The notes below the pieces were generated by a model that did not search any database, was not told where the DNA came from, and saw only the letters and a program-made list of their open reading frames with translations. 64,000 bases of DNA. Source: Nitrospirota bacterium. Its GTDB lineage: Bacteria; Nitrospirota; UBA9217. The stretch covers positions 2,912,001 to 2,976,000 of the forward strand of contig CAVTRN010000002.1 of the NCBI GenBank assembly GCA_963737155.1. The letters are read 5' to 3'. Positions within the stretch are counted from its first letter, which is position 1. Every line of letters starts with the position of its first letter. A program made the position numbers and the translations under genes. This document shows, one piece after another, positions 30,273-40,637 of this stretch.

Positions 30273-30529
30273 TCGACCCCTCTTCACACTCTCATGAAAA
30301 CGTCCTGCCGGGACAAGACATATTGATGCTTTCAAGATAAATCTGCGGAATACCAACGTCAGGACAAGAAAGATTAGTACTTTCTGTAGTACTCCGCCTT
30401 AGTGCACTCATTTAAGCGATACTGCGTCGCATATACTAATTGAAGTATAACAGAACAGGGTCTGCAATGGGATTCTCGCATGGTGAAAAAACATGCGGTT
30501 TTCAATAGTAATATTTAAGCAGCCCACCG

Positions 30530-30950
30530 AGCTTCTCCCGACATTGAATAGCATGATCGTGCTTTTGTCATACCAGCAAGATGGATGACCCGGATGAAAA
30601 AGAGGATGTAATAGGTTGAATCAAGCAGCAAACGGTCCACACTTCCGCTGTGATAAAATCTGTTGACGAAAGTAAGACCCACGGGGTGCGGATAAACCTT
30701 TTCCACGTGGCAGGCCTTTTCCGCTCCGGTGCGGGTGCCAGGTCGTGCCGTTTTAAGATGCTTCCCACCGTCTGATCACTTACCATATTCCCCAGATCGG
30801 CCAGCGCCCAGACAATACGATCATAGCTCCAGTTTTTATTTTCCTTAGCCAGGCGTATGATCAAAACTTCCAGCACAGCCTATATCTTTGGTCTACTCTG
30901 CATAGCCCTGTACTCGAAATCGTCAAACTTGCGGACGATCAACCTGCGGT
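30530..30950 (-). pseudogene. Integrase-core (rve) transposase remnant
   Basis: IIRLAKEN..W.YDRI..AL..LG..VS.QTV..ILKRH...PAP.R....TW..F....DF.T.EV; truncated and frameshifted. Confidence 0.8.
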
Positions 30951-31250
30951 AAATGTCCCCGATATGCTCCCCGCGGCGGTAAGCAATTATTTACTATGAT
31001 GTGAATAAGCATACATAAGAACCTTGCATTTAATCAGCAGCGAAACCGAGTTTATCATAACCCAACGATCCCTGTATTTTGAGGTTTCATGATTTTAGAA
31101 TATCGCTACATCACTGAATATGGCTTGTTTTACAGGCATGTCGTTGCTCCCGCAGCGAAACGCTGAGAAACCGCGCCTAACATAATTGTGATACGTTGAT
31201 TCAAGCAAATACCTCTAACCTAATCGAACTTGGCCGAACCCAGCAGCATG

Positions 31251-31391
31251 TTAACGGTGCTCTCCATGCTCACCACCCCAGTGTTCTCCATGTTCTCCAT
31301 GCCAACCTCCGCCCCTTCCGCCCCACCAAAAACAACCGCTGGATACGAGCAACATGACCACAATTATCAATAGTCCAATTTTTTTCTTCAT
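31251..31391 (-). CDS. 46-aa Gly/His-rich lipoprotein (not in ORF track)
   Basis: MKKKIGLLIIVVMLLVSSG-CFWWGGRGGGWHGEHGEHWGGEHGEHR*; SD aagga; lipobox-like SSGC. Confidence 0.75.
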   Translation of the reverse strand: MKKKIGLLIIVVMLLVSSGCFWWGGRGGGWHGEHGEHWGGEHGEHR

Positions 31392-31645
31392 AATGATTTC
31401 ATCCTTTCTCTGTTTCTCTCGGGTCGAATCAATTTCCTGCTAAGATATCCATCAGCCGCCACTGATTCAGAAGAAGACAGTCGACCTTCTAGTGCAAGTT
31501 GCAAATCTCCAGCTCAGCTGTTCGCCAGGCTTTCCGTTCCGAACAACGCGGTTAAACAAACTCACTCGGCCAATGCAGCCATTTGAGGGAATGAGCACAA
31601 GCCTTGCCGATAAATATTCCCCACTTTTTAGAATAGCTCAATAAT

Positions 31646-32455
31646 TTAATGCCAATCAATTCCCTTTGAACGCAAATTATTGCGGGCTTCTTCATCCCCT
31701 AACTTCGCAGACATTTTAAGATTTTGAATATACATGTCATTATTTCCTAACTTCTGATAAGCAACCCCACGATTATAGTATGCATCCGCATCTTTCGGAT
31801 CCAGTTCTATTGCCTTGCTGTAATCATTGATTGCATTTTCATGGTTTCCTAAAGCTTGATTAGCAATCCCACGATTATAGTATGCATCCGCATCTTTCGG
31901 ATTTAGTTCTATTGCCTTGCTGTAATCATTAATAGCCTGCACTAGGTTTCCTGAAGCTTTATAAGCATTCCCGCGATTATAGTATGCATCCGCGGCTTCC
32001 GGATTAAGTTCTATGGCCTTGCTGTAATCATTGAGAGCCTGCTGATAGTTCCCTGAAATTTTATAAGCAACCCCGCGATTCCTATATGCATCCGCATTTT
32101 TCGGATCTAGTTCTATTGCCTTGTTGTAATCATTGATAGCCTGTTTAAGGTTTCTTAAAACCTTATAAACATTCCCGCGATTATAGTATGCATCCGCATT
32201 TTTCGGATCTAGTTCTATTGCCTTGCTGTAATCATTGATCGCCTGCTGATAGTTCCCTAAAGCTTTATAAGCAATCCCACGATTAACATATGCCATTGCA
32301 TCTTGCGGATTAAGTTCTATTGCCTTGTTGTAATCATTGATGTTCTGTTGATTTTCTGATGCACTATTGCTATCAGCTAAAGCTATGGTGGCTAACAATA
32401 GTGAGGCTATCAGTCCTATAACCGCTAAAACTACTTTAGCTCTATTCGTTGCCAT
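31646..32455 (-). CDS. Secreted tetratricopeptide-repeat protein
   Basis: Signal peptide, SD aaggagg, ~6 consensus-like 34-aa TPRs (AYYNRG..Y...G...AINDY.KAIEL.P). Confidence 0.9.
   Translation of the reverse strand: MATNRAKVVLAVIGLIASLLLATIALADSNSASENQQNINDYNKAIELNPQDAMAYVNRGIAYKALGNYQQAINDYSKAIELDPKNADAYYNRGNVYKVLRNLKQAINDYNKAIELDPKNADAYRNRGVAYKISGNYQQALNDYSKAIELNPEAADAYYNRGNAYKASGNLVQAINDYSKAIELNPKDADAYYNRGIANQALGNHENAINDYSKAIELDPKDADAYYNRGVAYQKLGNNDMYIQNLKMSAKLGDEEARNNLRSKGIDWH
31700..32345. repeat. 102-bp tandem DNA repeats encoding the TPR units
   Basis: Recurring ttctattgccttg(c/t)tgtaatcatt and gattatagtatgcatccgc at 102-bp period. Confidence 0.85.
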
Positions 32456-32981
32456 GAATTGTTCCTCCTTTTAATGGGTAAATATCGCGTTATGCCTAGC
32501 GAAGTAAAAAATGACCGACGAGGTATTATTCTTAAGTATTGCAGTAGAGATTAATCATGTCAAGTGCTAGAGAAAAATAATGTGTTGTAGATTTTGGGAA
32601 AAAGGGGAGATAATCATGGATCCTTTTTTATTGCTGGGAATAGGAAAGGCCCATACGGTTGAAAATGGGTTGGGATATCAAAACAAAGAGATATGGTTGC
32701 ATCTTCGTTACGAGGATTGTATCTTTAGCGGCTTTTGCCACTTTGAATTTGACAACTTTCTTGCCTTAATTTGTATAGTCTCGCCTGTTGCGGAGCTCCT
32801 CCCTACGTGCATTACGCCGAACGAGAACGTGTTTACCAAGTTACGGCATCGTCCAAGAGTTTTTGGCTTCCTTGTGAGCTACCCACACTGGTTACCTCCC
32901 CGATTGTTTTGTCACTTGGAAAGATGAACTTTTAGGTTGATTGCCTCTGGAGCCAGCTATGCTCGTAACGAATCGGGGCCC

Positions 32982-33260
32982 TCACACACTTAAAACTGGA
33001 TTCGGCACCGCACAGAGGACTGCGTAGCCGCAGGTCCGTAGACGACCGCAATAAGGGTAGCACCCGGTAACCAGCAAGTCCGTCTTCGCCTTTTTCACAG
33101 CTTGGCTCGGCGCCTTGGGCGCATCACCACTGCCGATAAATTCGCCTGCCTTGATGCCTATGTCTTGCTCGAGCTCTCCAATATGCTGAGTAGCGTCATC
33201 TACAAGCGCCCCTTTCTACTTTTGATTGATATAGCTGTCACCTGGCTGGTAGATTCACTC
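32982..33260 (-). pseudogene. Universal stress protein C-terminal remnant
   Basis: ..IGSGDAPKA..QAVKKAKTDLLVTG....GRLRT.GYAVLCAVPNPVLSV*; stops upstream. Confidence 0.7.
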
Positions 33261-33286
33261 TGCCGATAAAAGGGTACGTTTTCTTT

Positions 33287-33450
33287 GGGAGTTATATACT
33301 TAACTTCACAATCTTTGCAACTTGTTGATAAATAGGTTATAGCACTAACTCCCGTAAACATTTAAAACACTCTGTAATTAACAATATATTTATGCAATAC
33401 CAATTAGTTAGGGGGAATATACAGTTTTTGCTGTAAAGTATATAATTCCC
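33287..33450. mobile_element. ~164-bp AT-rich MITE candidate with terminal inverted repeats
   Basis: Left end GGGAGTTATATACTTAAC vs right end (reverse complement) GGGAATTATATACTTTAC, 16/18 match; non-coding interior. Confidence 0.5.
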
Positions 33451-33613
33451 TTTCCTATATAGTGACCGCCTATTTAGTGACGTGGCCACAAATCAGCGAA
33501 ATTACTATTCGCGCATCCCGTTGGAAACCAACCATCAACAGAAACAAGAATAGAATAATGGAACGTGCGCATTTATTATCGTGTACGCGGCCCATAAGAT
33601 TATGGCGTGCCAT

Positions 33614-34033
33614 CTACTTGATCTCAATACGATGCTGAAGCAGGAACACGAGGACAACTACGAGAAGAGCCACGACCAAAAGGTCTGCGATCACCCCCCA
33701 CATCCCCTTCCGCCTGAAGTAATGCTGTGTGCGTCGCGAGTTGCCTGATTTGCTCGTCGGACATCGTGTTGATTCGTAAAATCACTTCTTCGGGAGTGAG
33801 CCCATAATCCAGAAGTTCTTGCCTTACGATCTTCGATTCAAGCGCAGTCCTTATCCTAACTGTGTCCGCAGTTCTGCCGGCTGACATTATCGCTGCGCCA
33901 GAAATATCCTAAAGTGGTGCAGCAGGGAGGAACATGGCTTGGCCGGCTTAACGAAGGTAGATACCGCGAGGAGCGCTGCGACCAGATAGAGTATGAGCGG
34001 TTTTGTATAGGATGCCTTGAGCATACCATTCAT
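33614..34033 (-). pseudogene. PA2779-family protein, decayed paralog of 38219-38635
   Basis: MNGML..Y.KP..LYLVAALLA.STF..., IRTALESKIV.Q.LLDYGL; frameshifts and an internal TAG; upstream DNA also resembles 38169-38220. Confidence 0.8.
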
Positions 34034-34065
34034 TTTGATTACCTCCGGTTCCAGTGTTAACCTTG

Positions 34066-34330
34066 CTATCTCGTGATTATCACGCTGTGATCCGAGGTTT
34101 CCAGTACGACAACTGTGATAGTCGCCGCAAGGAGGAGAAATATCACCAGGCCGATACCATAGTCCCCACCTGCTTGTAGAGAGTTCAAGTTTACTGAAAG
34201 CTGATGAATCTATTCGCTAGAAAGCCAGCAGATCCTCGCTTGGGTATCATCCGCAGTGAATCCGAAATCCATGAGTCGTTGTCTGATCACGTTCGACTCG
34301 AGTACTTTCTGAAATAGTTTCCAAGTCGTT
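34066..34330 (-). pseudogene. Second PA2779-family remnant, tandem upstream of the first
   Basis: QKVLESNVIRQRLMDFGF..D.TQARI..LS.E*IHQL..NL.SLQAGGDYGIGLVIFLLL...VIITR*. Confidence 0.75.
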
Positions 34331-34837
34331 TTCTGCTTATGTAAAAGAGCATAAACCCTGACACTTAAGGTTGAGATGTCTCGATCACTGCTATTTAAAT
34401 AATTTGAGGACTCAAAATGTCAGCATTCTATCTCTATACTATCCTGCAAAACTCCAGAAGCGACAAAAGTCAATGCAGCTATTGACATTCCTTCAAAGCG
34501 CGATATGATTCATACAAAGAGGAAAATAAATGTCAAAATTTTTCTTACATTAGCAACCAGAAAGTTAACAAATGCTAAAAGCGTATATTTTATCGTTCTT
34601 AATTCCGAGTCAAAAGTCGTATCTGAAAAAATTTGGCTAACAGTACGATTACATGGGCCGTAAGTAACAAGGGCAAGCACAGAACCGATATGTGCAGAGA
34701 GACGTACATTGATATAAAAAATATGAAGATCTTCATGTTCGGAGACAAGATCAAAATTGTGAATGGTTCACTAAGAGCTCAACCGGTGAAGATGGAACCC
34801 GTCAACCAAAACAGGCTGCGAAGTAAGGATATTAATC

Positions 34838-34947
34838 AATACCCGCAGCAAGCTGGCGGGGTATAAAAGAAGATTGATCAAGTGAGAAACCTGTGGTTTC
34901 TCTTACTCTTCCCTATCTAGCAAGCTAACGGGGAATTGCAAGTTTAA
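34838..34947 (+). mobile_element. Three-hairpin dispersed element, copy 4 (degenerate, shorter)
   Basis: cccgcagcaagctggcggggtataaaagaaga...tgagaaacctgtggtttctc..actcttccct..tagcaagctaacggggaattgcaagttt. Confidence 0.7.
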
Positions 34948-35060
34948 ACTAAGGCGGACCACAATAGTTTTCTACGCTCGATATTTGAAGAATTCGTCGT
35001 TTATTCATAATTGACCTGTTTTGGATATGGACACGTCCATTATTCATAAAGAAGCATAAC

Positions 35061-35210
35061 ATGCTGTGGACGATCTTTGTGATCCTTATGATTTTATGGC
35101 TTCTTGGATTAGTAAGCGGTTATACGATTGGTGGATTCATTCATATCCTGTTGATCATTGCAATTGTCGTTGTTTTGATCAGAATTATTCAAGGGCGAAA
35201 ACCTTTATAA
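35061..35210 (+). CDS. DUF5670/lmo0937-family small membrane protein (not in ORF track)
   Basis: MLWTIFVILMILWLLGLVSGYTIGGFIHILLIIAIVVVLIRIIQGRKPL*. Confidence 0.9.
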   Translation: MLWTIFVILMILWLLGLVSGYTIGGFIHILLIIAIVVVLIRIIQGRKPL

Positions 35211-35255
35211 ACTTAGACAAAAAACCTCTGAGAAAGAAATACGGAAAGGGATAAA

Positions 35256-35444
35256 ATGGCGAGATACGGAAAGAAGGCGCAGGAGACGGTTCAGAAAGCA
35301 ATGAGCAGGTTTAAAAATGGCAAGCTGGAAAGCGGCAAAAGCGGTAATAAAGTAACCAGTAGAAAACAAGCGATTGCTATTGGACTTTCTGAGGCCCGAG
35401 AAAAAGGGGCAAAAGTTCCGCCTTCTTTGAAAATAATAAAATGA
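35256..35444 (+). CDS. DUF6496-family small basic protein
   Basis: MA.Y.KKAQ..V..AM..FK.G.L.SG.SG.KVTSRKQAIAIGLSEAR..G.KVP. Confidence 0.85.
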   Translation: MARYGKKAQETVQKAMSRFKNGKLESGKSGNKVTSRKQAIAIGLSEAREKGAKVPPSLKIIK

Positions 35445-35680
35445 TGTCGTACGTAGGACGTCCAAAGCTAATAGTAGGCAGACTCTAATGATCTGTTGGA
35501 TATCCTTCATGAAGCAGAAGAAACTTGTCGAGTAAACACAGCATTCTTTCGCTGTAGAGAATACATAACCTTGGCAAAGTAATGGACACTCTTTGACTCA
35601 TCTTAACAAGATCAGGGGAGCACGATTTCATGATATTTATCTACGATTATATTTCTCTATAGTAATATTAATTAATTTAC

Positions 35681-37375
35681 GTGGCGGGTCGTCAAATATT
35701 GATCAGTCCAAAAGAACTATTTTACATGGCTAAAATCAATCTTACTTTAAGCAAATGCTGGATCCGGCTCCTCATCAGTGTCGCTGCCCTGATGATCATT
35801 GTAGGACTGTTGTCATATTTCATCAGTAGTGATCTCCTGCGTAACTATATTGAAAGCCGGATGAACAGTCATCTGAAGGGCTACACAGTTCGCATAGAAA
35901 AGGCCTATTTCCATCCCATAAACTTTTCCCTCGATCTCGATGATTTGATTCTTACACAGAATGCGCATCCGGAACCCCCTGTAGCTTCTATTCAACGGTT
36001 GCACGCAGGCATTCACTGGCGTGAACTTTTATCACTCCACCTCGTTGCCGATTTCCTATTCGAGCACCCGGATGTCAGCATCAATTTAATTAATTTGCGT
36101 AAAGAGGCGGAGAGTAAGGTCCCCTTCAAGGAGAAAGGCTGGCAGGATGCGCTGGAATCGATTTATCCACTAAAGATCAATGTATTCAGGATCAGCGACG
36201 GTGAATTGATATATCAGGATAAAGGACCCTTCAAGCCACTTCGTGTAAGCAGGATCAATTTGGCTGCGACCAATATCCGGAACATCATCTCACCGGATAA
36301 GTCCTATCCGTCTCCGTTCCATCTGGAAGGAAATATCTTTGACAACGGGAAGCTCACTCTGGATGGGGATGCCAATTTTTTGGAGGAGCCTCATCTGGGG
36401 GTCAAAGCAGACCTCGATCTCTCGAATATGGATTTGAGCTATTTTGAGCCGATTTTGCAACGTAGCAACAACATCCTGATCAAGCGAGGAAGCATGTCGG
36501 CAAAGGGCAGTCTTGAATACAATCCACACGTTACGGCGGTGAATTTAAAAAATTTCATAATCAGGGGGGTGTACGTCGATTATCTTCACCTCCCGAAAAC
36601 CGCTGAAACAGAACAAACAAGAATAGAGCACATGGGACATGCTGCAAAAGAGCTGAGCAATGCGCCTGCAGAAAGGATCGCCGTTGACGTCCTGAAAATT
36701 GAAGACAGCAGCTTCGGATACGTGAATGATACAGCCAATCCTCACTATCGACTTTTTATCGACCACACGGACATAACCATTAAAAATTTTAGCAACCAGT
36801 TCTCTGCCGGCCAGGCCACGCTGGATTTTAAAGGGAAGTTCATGGGTGGAGGCGATACTGATGTTACCGGCAGCTTCCGACCAGAAACAAAATCTCCCGA
36901 TTTCAACATCCAGGTGGCCATTAAAGATACACCTATGACGGCGATGAACGATCTTTTCAGGAATTTTGGAAAATTTGACATAAAAGAGGGGCTGTTTTCC
37001 TTTTATTCGGTGTTGGCGATAAAAGACGATACAGTGAATGGCTATGTAAAGCCAATGTTCAAGGGGCTGAAAGTTTATGACACTCGCAGTGCAACACAAA
37101 AAAAACTCTTTCACAAAATTTATCTTGGACTGGTAAACGGACTAGCTGATCTCCTTGAAAATAGGTCTCACAAAGAGATTGCAACCGAGACCGTCATATC
37201 CGGGCCTTTAGAGAAACCCAAAACCAGCACCTCGCAGATTGTCATCAACTTAATCAGAAATGCGTTCATTAAGTCAATACTGCCAGGGTTCGAAAACAAA
37301 GCAATCAATCTGAATAGCAACCCTCCGCAAACGGTACCTGTTCGTTCTTCTCCTCCCGCAGTCGGATCTCATTAA
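35681..37375 (+). CDS. DUF748/AsmA-like protein
   Basis: N-terminal TM anchor; beta-rich repeats; GYVKP.F, IAT...ISG.L..P, L.RNAFI..I.PG; start uncertain. Confidence 0.8.
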   Translation: MAGRQILISPKELFYMAKINLTLSKCWIRLLISVAALMIIVGLLSYFISSDLLRNYIESRMNSHLKGYTVRIEKAYFHPINFSLDLDDLILTQNAHPEPPVASIQRLHAGIHWRELLSLHLVADFLFEHPDVSINLINLRKEAESKVPFKEKGWQDALESIYPLKINVFRISDGELIYQDKGPFKPLRVSRINLAATNIRNIISPDKSYPSPFHLEGNIFDNGKLTLDGDANFLEEPHLGVKADLDLSNMDLSYFEPILQRSNNILIKRGSMSAKGSLEYNPHVTAVNLKNFIIRGVYVDYLHLPKTAETEQTRIEHMGHAAKELSNAPAERIAVDVLKIEDSSFGYVNDTANPHYRLFIDHTDITIKNFSNQFSAGQATLDFKGKFMGGGDTDVTGSFRPETKSPDFNIQVAIKDTPMTAMNDLFRNFGKFDIKEGLFSFYSVLAIKDDTVNGYVKPMFKGLKVYDTRSATQKKLFHKIYLGLVNGLADLLENRSHKEIATETVISGPLEKPKTSTSQIVINLIRNAFIKSILPGFENKAINLNSNPPQTVPVRSSPPAVGSH

Positions 37376-38218
37376 TATTATGGAGCCTTTCAGATGTGCA
37401 GGGATCGCGGATATTTGAACCGTTTTTATTTCATTTATCGTCTGGCTTGGTCTATCAGTTATTTTTTATCTTCTCTCTTTTTCGCCATGTCGTTTTTAAG
37501 ACGATAGAGAATGAATATCAATTGTTCTCGAACGACAATCTCCAATTTCACGAGCTGTCCTGCACGTGTTTTTTTTGCGAGCTTTCTTCAAGATACATTG
37601 TTTAGGTGACAACGTTCAGGACATCGTTAACTCAAAAAACACTCACAACATCGTTTAATCGCGTATTAGCAAACAATTAGCTAACTGATGTAACGATCAG
37701 TTTTAAGCAGTGTTAACAGGGCTATAATAACCTACTCAGCATTCAGCACCAGGTACTAAATGCTTGAAGGTAAACGAAGTCCTGAGCATAAAATCAGTAA
37801 ACGATGTCCTGAACGTTATCATTTAGGCAAAAGAGTCGGGCGTTGCAAAAAATTGGATGAAAGTGTCCGGGTGGAGTTGCTCCCTTCATTGGAACATACT
37901 CACCATGCTGTCGTTATTTTTCAGACTCCTAAACCAGCAATGAATAGAATATTAAGGTTCCCCTACTTGAAAGGGCAAGCTGCTTCATTATGGCCCCCAG
38001 TAATGAGAGCATCTATGTGATTGCACCAGAAACGTTGACGGGAAAGTGCAGGCTAGTCAATGAACAGCTCCTGCACGAATGCGTTGCTTTGAGAGAATTC
38101 TGATATAATTAGACTAATAAGTAGCTTAGGTACTTAAATATTAAACGTCGTGATTATGCGGCTCACTTGTAATAATCACGATGTAGCAAGGATATCGCTG
38201 GAAGTGGAGGTGAGCAAG

Positions 38219-38635
38219 ATGAATGGTATGCTTAGATCGTTCTATGCAAAGCCTTTTGTACTCTACCTGGTAGCGGCGCTCCTCGCGTTCTCTACCTTTG
38301 CCCAGTCGGCTGAAGCTATGTTCCTCCCTGTGGCACCACATCAGGATATTTCCAACGCGGCGCCAATGTCAACGGTTAGAATAGCCGACTTAGATGGGAT
38401 AAGGACTGCGCTTGAATCAAAAATCGTATTGCAAACACTTCTGGATTATGGGCTCTCCCGCGAGGATGCTATGTCGCGTATTAACACGCTGACCGACGAG
38501 CAGATCAATCAATTCGCGACACATACGGAATCGCTTCAAGCAGGAGGCCAAGTGGGCGCAGTTATCGTAGTCCTTTTGGTCGTAGCTGTTCTCGTCGTAT
38601 TTCTCGTATTCGCGTTGATATCAAAAGTTTTATGA
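38219..38635 (+). CDS. PA2779-family protein (intact)
   Basis: SD ggagg before ATG 38219; signal peptide; R.ADL..I..ALESK.V.Q.L.DYGL...A..RI..LTDEQI.Q.A.....LQAGG, then a hydrophobic tail. Confidence 0.85.
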   Translation: MNGMLRSFYAKPFVLYLVAALLAFSTFAQSAEAMFLPVAPHQDISNAAPMSTVRIADLDGIRTALESKIVLQTLLDYGLSREDAMSRINTLTDEQINQFATHTESLQAGGQVGAVIVVLLVVAVLVVFLVFALISKVL

Positions 38636-39567
38636 TAAAGCGAAGGGGCCTATGAAATGATCGCACGGCATAGAGTATAATGACTAGAAACTTTAGACTA
38701 GTACACTGTCAATATAGTTCTTGATGGTAGTGCACCTCTTTTGCTCGTTCCCCGGGCATGATTTAAACCGAAATAACTGTGCGGAACAATCAACAATTAA
38801 GTTGACGGTGTACTAGTGTAACGAGATCAGACATGAAGGCGTGCGAGACGGACAACAGGTATCAGTAGTCCATTAAATCGCAGGATGCAATAGTTTCCAG
38901 ATCAGAAAAGGGGTGTATTAATCGGTGACACCGTATGCGTTGTTTGGCGGAGAGGAGGAAGAACATTACCTAGATGGACACCATGACCGTAACAAAGATC
39001 GAGTCTCTTTCCAATTCCAGCATGTTTGCTACAGTTTCAATCTCTATGATGTTGACGGATCATCGATAATAAACCGAGACAGCTCTCAACTTCGAACGAT
39101 ATTTGGACCCTCAACAATGCTTCACTTTTTCTCATCGTCATATCAATCCAAAGAACGTTGTTTTGTTGATAAACTCGAGAATCAGAGTGCGTGCAGTATT
39201 CGAGAGTTTACAGCTAATTTGGCACGATCTGACCGCTGCGATGGTGGTGAACTATTAATTAAGTGGATCCCTTTCTGATAAAAAATAAAAAGCCATTATT
39301 CTTTTAAGATTTTCCAGATTTTTCATTATACCTCTAGTAATGATACTTTCATCCTATGCTGTTTCAAAACGCAAATCTCGCACAATCTAGTATCTCTTTA
39401 CATACTTTGTGCTACCTGGTACGAACCCTTAGCTCCAATCAATTATAGCGAAATATGAGGTATATTATTATTATGACCTGTTGAGAGCAGAAGAGGGTGT
39501 ATCCTCTTCCTTCTGCATACAGGGAAACAGAGAAGGAAGATGGTATTGCGAAAAGGAGGTCAGCATC

Positions 39568-40131
39568 ATGAATATTCATTCGAGGCTAAGAATTCTTGTC
39601 TCAATGCTCCTGATCACGGCAGCATTTTTGATCACTGATACTGTTGCGAGCGCGTTGACAAAGGCTGAGATTGACGCAGGCGTTACAGCTACACTATCCC
39701 GATTCCGCCACGATATCAGAGGAGGCTCCGCATATCTACGCGCGGCAAAGGGCGTGCTGGTCATGCCACACGTCACCAAAGCTGGTTTCATAGTCGGCGG
39801 GGAATATGGCCAGGGAGCCCTTCAAGTCGATGGTATAAATGTCCGGTACTATAACCTCGTATCGGGCTCACTAGGCTATCAGATCGGCGCAGAGCAGTAC
39901 GACGTGGTCATTATTTTCATGACCAACAAAGCACTGAAAAAATTCCGCGAAGCTGACGGCTGGGAGGCAGGCGTGGATGCCGAAGTGACACTTATTAAAG
40001 TGGGGGCTAATGCTTCCATTCAGACCCTTAGAAGCCAACATCCTGTTGTGGGGTTTGTCTTTGATCAGAAGGGTTTGATGGCGGGAGTCTCTATACAAGG
40101 TGCCAAATTTACACCGATAAGTCCGGAGTAA
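39568..40131 (+). CDS. YSC84/SYLF lipid-binding domain protein
   Basis: SD aaggagg; signal peptide; AKGVLV.P...KAGFI.GG.YG.G.L, S.G.QIG, GW..G.DA, GLMAG.SI.G.K. Confidence 0.9.
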   Translation: MNIHSRLRILVSMLLITAAFLITDTVASALTKAEIDAGVTATLSRFRHDIRGGSAYLRAAKGVLVMPHVTKAGFIVGGEYGQGALQVDGINVRYYNLVSGSLGYQIGAEQYDVVIIFMTNKALKKFREADGWEAGVDAEVTLIKVGANASIQTLRSQHPVVGFVFDQKGLMAGVSIQGAKFTPISPE

Positions 40132-40637
40132 GATGCTTTTGAGAATAGCATCTCCTACGGGTGCCGCCACTCACACGGTATGCGGGATTTCAAGGATGAA
40201 GCACAGTTCAGATCGTGTGTTAAATGGACGGTTTGTACGAAAGGATGGAAGAAAAAGTCGTAGTATAAAGAAAAATACATTATTGATTATTTTCGGAGAT
40301 GTAACAAAGCAATTGATGTAATGATTTCTTTACTTCGGCACAAAGTAATGCTGCGTGAAAGTTATAATAATCATTTCCCTGTGAGGGCTGGTCATCTTGG
40401 CATCGTCAACCGTGATTTTAATATCATGCAAAATGAAACGAGTCAAGATGACTGCTCTGGTCATAGACTAGCCAGTAACTTATTGGTAATTCCAAGAAGT
40501 GATTTTTTACTCTTGAGGCATTGATCTCGCTTTAGAAGAGGGTATAAACATGCTGAGGAAGTTGGAGCAAAGCATGATTCTTTAGATGGAGTAATACAAG
40601 ATTTCATAACTAGATGCTAGGAAAGGAACGTTGCGTC

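Noticed and set aside
31700-32345. Regular repeats as a CRISPR array
   Set aside because: The 102-bp period lies inside a coding TPR gene, the 'spacers' are homologous, and there are no cas genes.
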